Of a stretch of 64,000 nucleotides of DNA, positions 51,461-62,999 are shown one piece after another. The stretch is from the NCBI GenBank assembly GCA_964016885.1, contig OZ024740.1:409944001-410008000 (forward strand). The letters run 5' to 3'. Within the stretch, counting starts at the first letter, position 1; the number at the start of each line of letters is the position of its first letter. This DNA comes from Eledone cirrhosa (taxonomy: Eukaryota). The position numbers and the translations under genes are program-made. The notes beneath the pieces are model-generated. The model saw nothing but the letters and a program-made list of their open reading frames with translations. It was not told where the DNA came from and searched no databases.

Positions 51461-51468
<8 letters not shown>
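50847..51468 (-). mobile_element. Fold-back insert with ~266-bp arms and a hammerhead-like core in each arm
   Basis: Arms 50903-51168/51201-51468; CTGACGA-t-gttgca-gatg-tgcaac-GAAA at 51228-51255(+) and 51143-51116(-); stems I and III are degenerate. Confidence 0.75.
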
Positions 51469-51518
<50 letters not shown>

Positions 51519-52549
51519 AGAAATCTGTGACATTATCCTGATTGATATTGCTCATTGTCGACATGAAATTAGAATGTATGAAGAAAAGATTCCCGAATTT
51601 ACACTTTGGCCTACTACAAACGTCAATGAAATAATTAACGAAAGAAACTGAACATTAATGAAAGTATTTAAGAAATTGAATTATTCTTCTATTTTATTTT
51701 CATCAATAATCACAATCTACATCATAGAGAAATAATCTCTTCAAAATTTCTAAAAAAAATATACATTATTAAAAAAGTTACGAGGAAACAAATCGGTAAG
51801 GGTGATAAAGTGTAGTTAGCCTCATTATTTTAGTTTGTCATTCGTTATTTTTGTGCGGAAATCGTTCGTTGGCACGAGTTTATTTGATATGAAATTGATG
51901 GAAAAGCATTCGTTACTACATACGTTCTAATGAACGTCCACTGTGTATGTTATCCATCTCTGTTTTTAATACGGTTTAACAAGTATATTTTATGTCCTCG
52001 TAACATAGCTGTTCGATAAAAAGAAGTATAAGAGGAAGCATCCTGCTTGGGTCGATACGCTTGACTAAATGCCGGATTTAGAACAAATGAGGCCCTGTGC
52101 TAGTTAAGAGCCCTTTACTTGGGCCCTGGAGGAGGTAAAACACTTTTTTGACAGGAAGATGGGCCCACCTGGCTTAATCACAATGGTAAATCCTGCACTG
52201 CCTACATGGTTCCAGTCCAGTGATTGAAGTCAGTAAAAGAATGTAATCTTTAATCGTTAATTAATTATTTCTGTGAATTTTTTTGGCGGTGGGTGGGGGA
52301 GATATTATTTGACCCTGCAAAACTTATTCTAGAGACTAATGATCTTGAATTCTTTTTCACGATACGAATTCCAAATATTACCAAGATTTATATAGAACCC
52401 TTAACTAGACAATAGAAAGAATATGTATGTACACTGTTTCTTTTATTTCCCTTTATAAAAAGAAAAAAAAATAGAACTATATTATTTCATAAAAGAAAAA
52501 CATATTAAAGTGAAAGCTTTAAAGGTATCGTGAAGATTATGAAAAACTG

Positions 52550-52985
52550 TGAAACTTTACTGACAAAGCCTATGGGAATATCCCCAAAATACTGTAGTGA
52601 ATCTTTTGGATTCGTATAAACTCAGGTTGGAGACCATTGGTATAGACTCTGTTAGCTCTAATTGAACTGATCTACGGCAATTATGTAAGGGTAAGGGGAA
52701 AGACACCCTTCGGTCACAAAGGACCATGGGATTTGCACATAGAAAGTTCCCTTCCGAGGCACAAGTCCGAGCAAGGCTGTTTGTGGAAGACCAGCAGTCA
52801 CCCATGCATACCAGTCTCCCCTCTCTATGCCACCGATATTGTCCAAAGGCCGATAGAGCTTGGCATCATCGACGTCGCAACTCATTTCTACAGCTGAGTG
52901 AAAAATAAAGTGTCTTGCTCAAGAATACAACGCAAATCCCGGTCCGAGAATCGATGCTCTAACCACTAAGCCAGGCGTCTTCACA
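52550..52985 (-). mobile_element. tRNA-SINE related to 23341-23570
   Basis: Shares actcatttctacagctgagt...aaataaagtgtcttgctcaag...cccggtccgagaat...aaccact.agcca.gcg.cttca; left boundary approximate. Confidence 0.7.
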
Positions 52986-54608
52986 TATGTAACTGTTCAA
53001 TTATTTAGGACAACTCATGTATCTAATATCCTGTTGGTTTGTGTTGATTCTTGTATGGCATATATTTTCTAGCTCAATTAATTGCACGTCCATTGAACAG
53101 TGTCCTCAGAATTAGGACTTGATCCTTAATGTGCAGGCAATAGTTTGTTCTGGGTTAGTTTCATTAAATTCTCTATGCTACATATGTTACTATTACTGGG
53201 AGCATGGGTTACATTTTTTTTGGTTATAATTTTAATTTAATTTTAAATGAGACTACTAATTTCTTATGTTAAACCATTCTGTTAACACCATTAAAAATAA
53301 TTTTATGTCAATATAATATAAGCATGTTTTCACTTTTAGAAGTTATATTAATAGTTTATAGAAATACATAACATTTGCTTTTATGTATCATTTTATTTAA
53401 AACACTATGGAGACCACATATCGATATTTATATCTATAAAGTTAGTAAAATGTTTAATCTAGACAATAAAGAATACTTCGCTGAAAGTTTAAGTTATTCA
53501 AAATGGAGAATAGTTAAATTACTATTTGGAAAATATAGTAAAGACATCGTAGATTTTAAAGATCACATTTACACTACTAATCTTGTGGTTTGTGTGACTG
53601 TCTCGCTAACACACACACAGTCACGTCTCATTGATTATAGGAGTTGATCAGAAGAAAAAAATCTTATATAACAAACACATCAACTGAAATTAAATGAAAA
53701 ATAAAATAAAATTATAACAAAAAAGTCATAAAAAATATATTAAAATTCCATAGCTTTTTACTTTTGGTTTTTGTAATTTTACTAATGCTCTTTAAAACAT
53801 TCCCCCAGCTTCGAAGAGAAAATTCTAAAGCCGAATGGCGGAAGTTAACTGAAACTTGTATTAAGTTAAAACGTCACTGTTTCTTTTGATTTCTTTCTGT
53901 AGTTTGATTTCGTTCAGTTTTGTTTTGTTAATAGTATCGATATATTTTGATTTGATTTCTCTTTCTATTAGAATCTTTTATATAGAATATGGATAAAAAA
54001 ACCAAAAACGATTGAGTGAGTGAGAAAAAAGAAACAAGAATTATATGGTCATTTAACATTGAAACTGGAGAACCGATTCAGTTTCAAATTGTAATACAAT
54101 GCAAAGTCTGAGAAATGTATGAATCATATTGTTTTTTTAAATAGAAGCTCGGTACTCTTCCCTTTATGTCGTCTTATACATTTTCGTATTGATATATAAC
54201 ATTGCTGCAAAGCCACATATTCATTTTTAAATGGAAGATGACAGCGGTGGGATTTGAACTCGGAACGTAAGATAACTAAATACTGAAAAGTATTATGATC
54301 CTACGCTCAAATAATAATTCTGTTAATCCAATATACGATGTTGCTTGAGAAAGTGAGGACTCAGCTAGTGGATAATGCTTTGGAAAAGAATAATAGCAAT
54401 TCAACATAAGTATAGTATTTGACACACAACATTTATATTCTTTGTAATGGAGATACACAGTTCAACAAATACTTAATATACATTTGCTGTAAGTGTTTTT
54501 TTTAAATAAATAAAAAAAATTTTCATACAGAATAAATAATTTATTAATAATAAAAAAAAAAAAAATCATAAACAAATTTATTTCAAATAACAGCAACACT
54601 ACAGATAT

Positions 54609-54680
54609 TTAAAAACGGACAATGGCCAGCGACACCCGCTGCAACAACCACCTCACCTCGTGGGGTTCCTTCCTCAGACG
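54609..54680 (-). CDS. Candidate terminal exon of an unidentified gene
   Basis: ttatttgtag acceptor, RLRKEPHEVRWLLQRVSLAIVRF*, GC-richer than its flanks, AATAAA shortly downstream. Confidence 0.4.
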   Translation of the reverse strand, partial: RLRKEPHEVRWLLQRVSLAIVRF

Positions 54681-55264
54681 CTACAAATAAACGGCACTTC
54701 TTCATTTCTAGAAGCTGGAACATAGATTTTCAAAGTGAAAAAAAGAATAAAGAAAAATTAAAGCTTTTTTTTTTATACAGTAGAGTCCTGGTGAAATCCT
54801 GCAAAGCAACAGATGATCCTAAGTGTAGCTGAAAGAGTAGCAAATGTTTCTTTGTGTATAGGGAAACAAAGATTAAACTTTCTCAACTATCCACTTGGGG
54901 TTATTCTGGAAATGTGTAATGAGGTTAAAGAAAATTAGAAACAGGTACTTTGATCGGGAATTATGAGATTAAAAAAATGATCCACAAATTTAAACAGTTG
55001 CACGTTGTGATACTATCAAACAGGATATAATCGAATGATATTTCTGAAGTTTTATCCACCAAATATTTTTAATTATAATTTCAATTAACACGAGAAAGCT
55101 ATTAAACATTCATAGAAATGAGTTAAGAACGGTTAACATCAAATATATGTAACACAGTTTAATTTCGTGTAAAATTATGGCATTGTATTTTTCCAATAAT
55201 GGATTTGAGCAATTATTAAAGGATCTCAGAACTCTGACAGGAATAATGGCTTATATCCCTGTAT

Positions 55265-55446
55265 TGGTGGATTGGCGGTATTGGTAGAGGGTCGGACGCC
55301 ATGCTTTGACGCATAGAGTTACGGCCCTTGCTATTCTGAGTTCAAATCCCGCCGAGGTTAACTTTGCCTTTCATCCTTACGGGGTCGATAAAGTACCAGT
55401 AATACACTGTTAATTGCTGGCCCTGTGCCAAAAGTAGAATCAATTA
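55265..55446 (+). mobile_element. Full-length tRNA-SINE
   Basis: ggtggattggcggtattggtagagggtcggacgcc...gagttcaaatcccgccgagg...gtgccaaaagtagaatcaatt. Confidence 0.9.
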
Positions 55447-55787
55447 TTTATATGAAACAATTCATATAACTTTAACGTTTTTGTCCTTGATTTACATATT
55501 TTTCTAACAAAAAGTCATTCACTCTGACCTGGAAATTCATGAATTCAAATTGGAAGCCATTGAATTCAAATGACTTCGTGCGCTTATTATACTATTATTG
55601 AATGAACATTTATGTTTGAAGGTTTGTATCTAAATACCAGCGAAGCAATGCAATAATGATTAAATGTCAGTTTCGTTCGTCAAATACTTCATCAAATACA
55701 AAATAAATAGCACCATTAATTTTCTTGTGAAAAATTGGCTATGAAGGTATTGTAAAATTTGTAAGGTCATATATATGTCTGTATGTA

Positions 55788-55865
<78 letters not shown>

Positions 55866-55867
<2 letters not shown>

Positions 55868-56030
55868 ATTATCCCGGGTTCAATCGGGGGTAACCGCAGT
55901 AAGTAAGGTACTCAATACAAAGCAGAGTATAAATATTTAATATAGAAAAGGCTTCTACAGGACTAGAACTGTTTCATTCGGGAGAAATCATCAGTTCTAG
56001 ACCTGTAGAAGCCATTTCTATATTAAATAT
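55866..56030 (-). mobile_element. Tiny fold-back insert whose turn is a hammerhead core
   Basis: 39-bp arms 55933-55971/55992-56030; minus strand CTGATGA (55994-55988)-t-ttc-tccc-gaa-t-GAAAC (55975-55971); TA on both sides. Confidence 0.7.
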
Positions 56031-57782
56031 ATATATATATAAGTTAAAAAAACGTAATAAAAAATCAAGTCATTAGAAATATACTTCACTGCTTTACGAT
56101 CGTTTCTAGGTGATGATAATACATCGTAACTATACTTCGTTATCAATCTATGTGAGGTTAGTTACAAAATATCAGATAAGGAAAATATTTATGTACATTC
56201 ACGTTCTAACCACCCTGACTTTATACTCAAAAACTTAGTATATAACATATCTCTTAGACTTTCTAAATTATCTTCCAATGAAGATATATTTATAATAATG
56301 CACCCTTCTACAACGAGGCCTTAACTAGAAGTGGATATAAAAAAATTTCATATATCTCCAACACTACTATGGACCAAAATATAAAACCTAGCAAAAACTA
56401 CAAACACCAAAAAATACCATTGAAACAAATACCTAATGGGGTTATTCCTATTACACCAAACAACCGAAAAACCACAACAACTATTACTACACGATCTATG
56501 ACCAATGTTATCAACTCACATATGAATACCAAGCATTCAAAATCTCATAATCTACCCAATAATAACACCAAATACAACCACGGTAGTTTACCAAATTCCA
56601 CAAATACAGATACTAACCATAGGAATTCTTCTAGAACACAGCACATTAATATAAGTGGTAATAAGAACTTAACTAAAAACCACAAAAGAAACATAAGATG
56701 GTACAATGCACCCTTCAACCCGCAAACTATTGGACAAATCCCCAAAACATTCTTCGAAATTCTACATAAACATTTTCCACCAAACCACAGATACCACCAA
56801 ATATTTAACAGATATACTGTTAAATTCTCATACTCTACATCAAACAATCTCCAGCAAAAGATAAGCAACTACAACATTTATAAATTTAAAAATAATATGA
56901 CCACACCACCACAACATAATTTAAATAGGACTGTACCTTTTAAAAGGACAAATAATACAATCCTTCAACCTGGAAAACACAACCACCCAAATCACCAACA
57001 CAAAAACAACATAACACAAAATCACAATACAACCCTAGCACTAAACCACCCACAAATCAACCTTCATTCTCCCGCTAACATTAATTACAATAAGAATAGC
57101 TCAAGGATTAATGAGAACGGTTTGGATACCCCCAACAAATCTTACGTATGGTTGTAATTGCAGAAATAGAAGCATTTGCCCCTTAAATGGCAACTGTTTG
57201 ATTAATAATGTAATATATAAATGCACTGTGTCTACTACTGACTCCAACAAAACATATATAGGATCTACACCAAACACATTTAAGAAAAGATATTACGCAC
57301 ACTCCAGTAGCTTTAACAATACTAAACTAGTTAACACCACATCTTTAGCTGCAGCAGTAAATAACTATAAAAAGAAAAAAATAGATTTCAAGCTATCGTG
57401 GAATACCATTCTGCAAAGAACTCCATATCTTGGGAACAGGAGAGAATGCAGGTTATGTTCAGGGGAGATCTTGGAAATTACTAAATGTAAGGACGATTTA
57501 TTGAATACAAGACAGGAACTGATTATAGTTTGTAATCACCGTATACGAAAAATATTTAAATACTATAAACCTAATTAAATATTCTAAATAGCAACTCACT
57601 ATAATTCTATGTAACGTAACATTAGTTAGTATCCCTTTCCCCTAATTATACGCATTCATGCTTATTTCTTACCTTTTAATTTTTTAGCTTCCTTAGATTT
57701 ATGCTTTAATAACTAAGGGCAACAAGGTACACAACCACCTGTAATTGCATGAGTAAATATGTATCTATGTATGTATGATATG

Positions 57783-57847
<65 letters not shown>

Positions 57848-58291
57848 ATGTGTGTATATGCGTGTATATGTGTATGAGTGTTTATATGTGTGTGTGTACA
57901 TGTATGTGTGTGTACATACATATATATATATGTGTGTATAGGTGTGTATATGTATATATATATAAATATATGTGTATATGATTGTGTACACATGTGTAGA
58001 TGTATGTATATGTTTGCATCTATTTATGCGCATGTATATTTTTAATTGAGTATCAATATAACTATACCTCTATCTATAATGTGGGTATATGCACTTTGTA
58101 ATCTATGAAATTTATGCGTTTTGACTATGTCAACATGCATTTATCTGAGCTTGATTATTTATACATAGACATACTTGAAAGTATTTTAAGGCGTATCATA
58201 CGCTGTATTATGCTAAGTACAATTTACCACACCGTACTATATTGTGTTACATTATATTATATTATATTATATTATATTATATTATTGGGGA

Positions 58292-58477
58292 GGTGGATTG
58301 GCAGTATCGGCAGAGGGTCGGACGCCATGCTTTCCAGCATAGTTACGTCCCTTTACTATCTGAGTTCAAATCCCGCCGAGGTTGACTTTGCCTTTCATCC
58401 TTACGGGGTCGATAAAATAAAGTACCAGTAATGCACTGGGTAATTGCTGGCCTTGTGCCTAAAGTAGAAACAATTAT
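58292..58477 (+). mobile_element. Full-length tRNA-SINE (central domain resembles the Meta/Sauria-type SINE core)
   Basis: A box tggcagtatcgg, B box gttcaaatccc, core gttgactttgcctttcatccttacggggtcgataaaataaagtaccag; about 3 differences from 62301-62486. Confidence 0.9.
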
Positions 58478-58528
58478 ATTATATTATTGTATTACTGTAT
58501 TTAATTATCTTATTATAATTTTAAGCGG

Positions 58529-61500
58529 GGTACCCGGGATACCCGGGACGCAGAGAGGTAAGTGCCTTTTCTCTTCACCACCAACATGGCTATGCTAAGA
58601 GTAGGCTGTTTAAATGCGCGTGGCCTGGGCTCAACTTGGAAGCAAGCAATGCTTCTAAATGACCTCAGGTCACAACGTATAGATGTGATGGTTATTTGCG
58701 AGGCCCGGATCAGCAACGTGCGACAGCTGGCCCCCACATTTGATGACTTTGAGATGCACGCATCTCTCTGTCAGCCCGGAGGTGGGGGTGGAGTTGTCGT
58801 TCTGCTGCAAAAACATCTGGGTCTCGCAACACAGATGGTACATTTGGACCCGGAGGGTCGACTAGTGGTTCTGGACCTTGGCAGTGGTAAAGGCGGAGCG
58901 TTTAGGTTGGTAGCCGCCTACGGCCCTTTCGGGTCAATGCGGCCGGACTTCTTCCATCGTCTGGAGACTTTTCTAGGGACGTCCCGCTCCTTGCTATTAG
59001 TGGGGGACTGGAATGGTATCCTAGATGCACGCTGGGACTACATAGGGGCCTGCCCCGATAGAGAGGGGTGTAATAGCCTCAAAGGGTTAATCGGTCGATT
59101 TGACCTGGCCGATAGATATCGACTAGATTTTCCGACTGCGCCAACCTGGACTTGGGCAAATCGTAGCGGATCATCTAGGTCGTACCTAGATAGGTTCTTA
59201 GTTAGAATTAAGGATAAGGACTTTTTAAGTTGTCCAAAAATGCGCATGGTTGGCTATTCAGACCACAAATTAGTGACCTGCATGGTCAACCTTGACAGAA
59301 CTCATAGACAGGGCCCCGGTTACTGGAAGCTCAACTTGTCCTTGCCGGCAAGTAGAGCCTACAGGAATCGGATTAGTACGTTAGTTAAGGAACGGTTGAC
59401 TGGAGCGATCGTCAACAGCAGGTGGTGGGTATCTCTAAAGAGAGAGATTAGAGTAGTCTCGATAGAATTTAGTAAGGTTCTAGCTGCGGATAGGAATAGG
59501 AAGGAAAGGGAGCTAATAGATAGAGTAGAAGAGGCAATTAGAAGCGGCGACGTGGCCAGAGTGCTAGCGTCGAGAACGGCTTTGAGCCAGTTTTTCGACG
59601 CGAAGCACGAAGGCTGCGTTGTCCGAAGTAAAATACGTGCTCTAGGGAACGAGGGGACCAAAGCTGTTAGCTGGCCCCGCGTGACAGAGGCCAACAGTGG
59701 AACTAAATCCACCATCCGGTCTTTGCGAGACCTGGATGGACGGGCGATTCTTGAGCCTAAGCAGATGTGTGAGGCCTTTCAAAGGCACTTTGCCCGACTG
59801 TTCGGGAGGGGCGGGGAGCCGGTTGGGAACGTGGACTTCGGTCCATACCTCGACGGCCTGCCGCGCCTCTTGGACAGGGAGGCGAAGTCCTGCGAGGAGC
59901 CGATTTCGGCCGCTGAGATAGAGGACGTGCTGAGCCAATGCGGCAAACGCAAATCCCCGGGTCTCGATGGTCTTCCTTACGAATTATATCTAGCTATGCC
60001 GGACGTGTTCCCCGATCTCCTCGAGGCGGTCTACTGCAACTGGCAACAGAACGGGAGAATTCCCTGTACTGTGACCAAGGGCGTAGTCACGCTAGTGAGG
60101 AAGGACGAGAACAAGGGGGACGAAATAAGTAACTTCAGGCCCATAACTCTGCTAAATACAGAGTTACAGATTTTGGCCAAGGTGCTAGCAAAGAGGTTGG
60201 CGCTTGTCGTGGGCAACCTGGTGGGAGATGCGCAGACATGCGCTATCCCGTCCAGGTCCATCCATGACAACCTCCACCTCATGCGATACATCATAGAGAG
60301 GGTTGGGAACGAACCCGGCTTTGGTGGGGCTCTGATCAACTTGGATCAATCTAAGGCGTTCGATAGGGTCGACCATGGTTACCTGGATGCGGTGCTAGCG
60401 GCGGCAGGCTTCGGACCCGTTTTCAGGGGCTGGATCACTGCTATGCACAGCAGCCGCATCTGCTCTAGGGTCAAGGTGAACGGCTACCTCTCGGAGCCGT
60501 TCAAAATCGCGCGGTCCATCCGACAAGGGTGCCCTCTCTCCTCCCTTCTGTATGTGTTGACTCTCGAGCCACTACTGCGGAAGTTGGAGTTGTTGGAGGG
60601 CATCCCTTTGGAACCGGGATTGCGGAAAGCGGTGTCGGCCTACGCCGATGACGTGACAGTAATGGTGTCGACGGCCTCCGAAATCGAGGCGGTCGGCACC
60701 TTACTGGAGGAGTACGAAAAGTTCACAGGGGCTAAGCTGAACCGGGACAAGTCGATCGGTTTGCAACTCGCCACGTGGAGGGGCAGACCGATGCCCTCCG
60801 ATGGCGTCGTCGGACGCTGGACGGAGGGCCCGGTGAAGTTGCTCGGGGTCTGGTTCGGACCGGACCTCCAGGTGGAGAAAAACTGGACGGAGGTTACGAA
60901 CAGGGTGTTTGCACTGACCCAGAAGTGGGCCAGTTGCAAACTATCCCTGAAAGGTCGGGCGGAGGTGGCGAACACCTACATAGCGTCCGTCATCTACTAC
61001 CGCCTGACCGTAGTGCCCTGCCCAAGGGAAACCCTCACCAAGATGGAGCGCGCGCTCTTCCAATTCCTTTGGAAGAGGCGGGCTCCTATGGTGAGGAGAT
61101 CCATCTGCTGTCAACACCCTTCGAAAGGAGGGCTGGGGATGCCGTGGCTAATGATGCGTAAACACGCATTAAGGCTACGGCACCTCTACGTATTCCTCAC
61201 CGGACAACCGGTGTGGGCCTCGTTTGTGAGACGAACCTTTCCCAGACTCGTCTCACTCACCGAGCTGCAATCCTGGGTCAAGCAAAGACCGAGAAAACTG
61301 GGCGCCTGGCACACTGAGTGTGCCCAGGCGCTCACCGCCCTCTGGCAGGAGGATCCGGTTATCAGTGGAGACTCCACCGCAACATTCTATAGAGGGCTGG
61401 TACGCAGCAGGTGCGACGACGCCCTCGGAGAAGCCCTAGACATGGAGGAGGACGAACTGGCCAGCCTGTTCGGTAGGACATTCAGCCCGGGACCTATGGA

Positions 61501-62287
61501 CAACTTCCAGAAGTCCCTGGCCTGGCAGTGCTACCGAGGGGCTTTACCCGTTCGAGAAAGGCTCTACAGACACGGGCGCCCGGGTAGGGACCCCGCCAAA
61601 AAGATCTGTCCCAGATGCGTGTGCGACGAGGAAACCGTTGCACACGCATTGGTACACTGCTCGGGCGTAGCCGATCTGTGGGGCTATGTCGAACAACTGC
61701 TGTCAAGGGTGGGACCGATCCGGTTGACCACCGAGTCTATTGTAATGATCAAGCCGCCTCCCCCCTTCAAAGATGAAGCAGAGGCGGTGTTTCTGTGCGT
61801 AATAGCCATGGCGAAAGAGGTTGTATGGTGGACGCGTCTGAAAGGACTGAGGTCAGGCACCTTTCTCTCTGGCCAACAACTGGTCCGTTTCTTCCGATAT
61901 CATTTCGGAAGAAGGATCAGGATGGAGAGAGAGGTGCTGCACCCCAGCCGTTTCTATGAAAGATGGGTGAAAGTGGCGAGAATGGCCCGTGTGAATGGGC
62001 CTTCACTCTACATCAGACTATAGGTGAGGAAGATGAAAGACCAAGGGAGCACCCCTTCTCTGTGCTCCTGAGGAGAAGGGTTGCACACTTTTTTCGGGGG
62101 TGTGTGCGACCCCCCAAGGCGCCTCCTCTCTATTGAGGATTTTGTTAAACATTTTATTTTTTGTTATATCTTATTTTATTTTTATATTTTGTTATTGCCT
62201 CCTCCTTATTGAGGACGCCTTTTTGTGTAAACTCCCCCCTTTGTACTTGTCCCACTTTTGATGCCCTAGTGGCAAATAAAAGAAACA
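58529..62287 (+). mobile_element. L1/Tx1-clade retrotransposon, ORF2 plus 3' UTR, 15-bp TSD
   Basis: TATAATTTTAAGCGG at 58514-58528 and 62288-62302; AATAAA at the 3' end. Confidence 0.93.
58586..62023 (+). CDS. Intact ORF2: APE endonuclease, RT, CCHC zinc finger
   Basis: GCLNARGL, VGDWNG, SYLDRFL, SDHKLV, GYWKLN, KSPGLDGLPYE, FRPITLLN, LDQSKAFDRVDH, IRQGCPLS, AYADDV, GGLG, CPRC..EETVAHALVHC; first ATG at 58586. Confidence 0.95.
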   Translation: MAMLRVGCLNARGLGSTWKQAMLLNDLRSQRIDVMVICEARISNVRQLAPTFDDFEMHASLCQPGGGGGVVVLLQKHLGLATQMVHLDPEGRLVVLDLGSGKGGAFRLVAAYGPFGSMRPDFFHRLETFLGTSRSLLLVGDWNGILDARWDYIGACPDREGCNSLKGLIGRFDLADRYRLDFPTAPTWTWANRSGSSRSYLDRFLVRIKDKDFLSCPKMRMVGYSDHKLVTCMVNLDRTHRQGPGYWKLNLSLPASRAYRNRISTLVKERLTGAIVNSRWWVSLKREIRVVSIEFSKVLAADRNRKERELIDRVEEAIRSGDVARVLASRTALSQFFDAKHEGCVVRSKIRALGNEGTKAVSWPRVTEANSGTKSTIRSLRDLDGRAILEPKQMCEAFQRHFARLFGRGGEPVGNVDFGPYLDGLPRLLDREAKSCEEPISAAEIEDVLSQCGKRKSPGLDGLPYELYLAMPDVFPDLLEAVYCNWQQNGRIPCTVTKGVVTLVRKDENKGDEISNFRPITLLNTELQILAKVLAKRLALVVGNLVGDAQTCAIPSRSIHDNLHLMRYIIERVGNEPGFGGALINLDQSKAFDRVDHGYLDAVLAAAGFGPVFRGWITAMHSSRICSRVKVNGYLSEPFKIARSIRQGCPLSSLLYVLTLEPLLRKLELLEGIPLEPGLRKAVSAYADDVTVMVSTASEIEAVGTLLEEYEKFTGAKLNRDKSIGLQLATWRGRPMPSDGVVGRWTEGPVKLLGVWFGPDLQVEKNWTEVTNRVFALTQKWASCKLSLKGRAEVANTYIASVIYYRLTVVPCPRETLTKMERALFQFLWKRRAPMVRRSICCQHPSKGGLGMPWLMMRKHALRLRHLYVFLTGQPVWASFVRRTFPRLVSLTELQSWVKQRPRKLGAWHTECAQALTALWQEDPVISGDSTATFYRGLVRSRCDDALGEALDMEEDELASLFGRTFSPGPMDNFQKSLAWQCYRGALPVRERLYRHGRPGRDPAKKICPRCVCDEETVAHALVHCSGVADLWGYVEQLLSRVGPIRLTTESIVMIKPPPPFKDEAEAVFLCVIAMAKEVVWWTRLKGLRSGTFLSGQQLVRFFRYHFGRRIRMEREVLHPSRFYERWVKVARMARVNGPSLYIRL

Positions 62288-62296
62288 TATAATTTT

Positions 62297-62486
62297 AAGC
62301 GGTGGATTGGCAGTATCGGTAGAGGGTCGGACGCCATGCTTTCCAGCATAGTTACGTCCCTTTACTATCTGAGTTCAAATCCCGCCGAGGTTGACTTTGC
62401 CTTTCATCCTTACGGGGTCGATAAAATAAAGTACCAGTAATACACTGGGTAATTGCTAGCCTTGTGCCTAAAGTAGAAACAATTAT
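62297..62486 (+). mobile_element. Full-length tRNA-SINE whose head was hit by the Tx1 insertion
   Basis: aagcggtggattggcagtatcgg...; same head as the copy at 18665. Confidence 0.9.
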
Positions 62487-62855
62487 CTTATAATTTTCAT
62501 CTTTTAATATACTATCTTTCCTAGTCATGACCTTAATTTATATTCACCTAAAAACTCCATACAACACAACTCAACATTTAATTTTTACATTCCTTTTAAA
62601 CTTCACTATACCAGATACATTCAACTATCAATTTGACAATCCCCTTCTTCCTAATAGATTTCTTATAGCAATTCTATTATTAACACCATTCAACCATTCC
62701 TTTCAAAGGGTCATGACCTCAACTAAAGTGAACTATTTTTCATCTTAACATCATATGGAAAAAAACAATCTGATTGGTTTGTTCTTCAGCTACCTCCAAA
62801 TAAGGTCATAGAACTAAACTTACTACTAATTTACTACTAATTTTGAATAAAATTA

Positions 62856-62999
62856 TTATTGCTTTTGACAACAGCTGGTGATATGCATGTAAGTAAATAT
62901 TTTCCTTATTTGATATTTTGTAACTAACCTTACATAGATCGATAACGAAATATAGTTACGATGTATTACCATCACCTAGAAACGATCGTAAAGCAGTGA
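62856..62999 (+). ncRNA. Type I hammerhead with U3-A8 core and ~105-nt stem II
   Basis: Stem I ttattgctt/aagcagtga, TTGACAA 62865-62871, long hairpin including ggtgat/atcacc, GAAAC-GATC-GTA 62979-62990. Confidence 0.75.

Noticed and set aside
58513-61706. Short antisense and alternate-frame ORFs over the Tx1 ORF2 (likewise over the RTE and CR1 elements)
   Set aside because: Shadow ORFs of GC-richer coding sequence with no recognisable motifs.
58292-62486. Near-identical direct repeats around an RT ORF, suggesting LTRs
   Set aside because: They are dispersed SINE copies; the ORF is APE-type non-LTR and has its own 15-bp TSD.
62889-62937. GTAAGT...CTAAC...TAG mini-intron inside hammerhead stem II
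   Set aside because: Only 49 nt (42-46 nt in the 45.6-kb homolog), and the bases are explained by hairpin pairing; not supported without RNA data.
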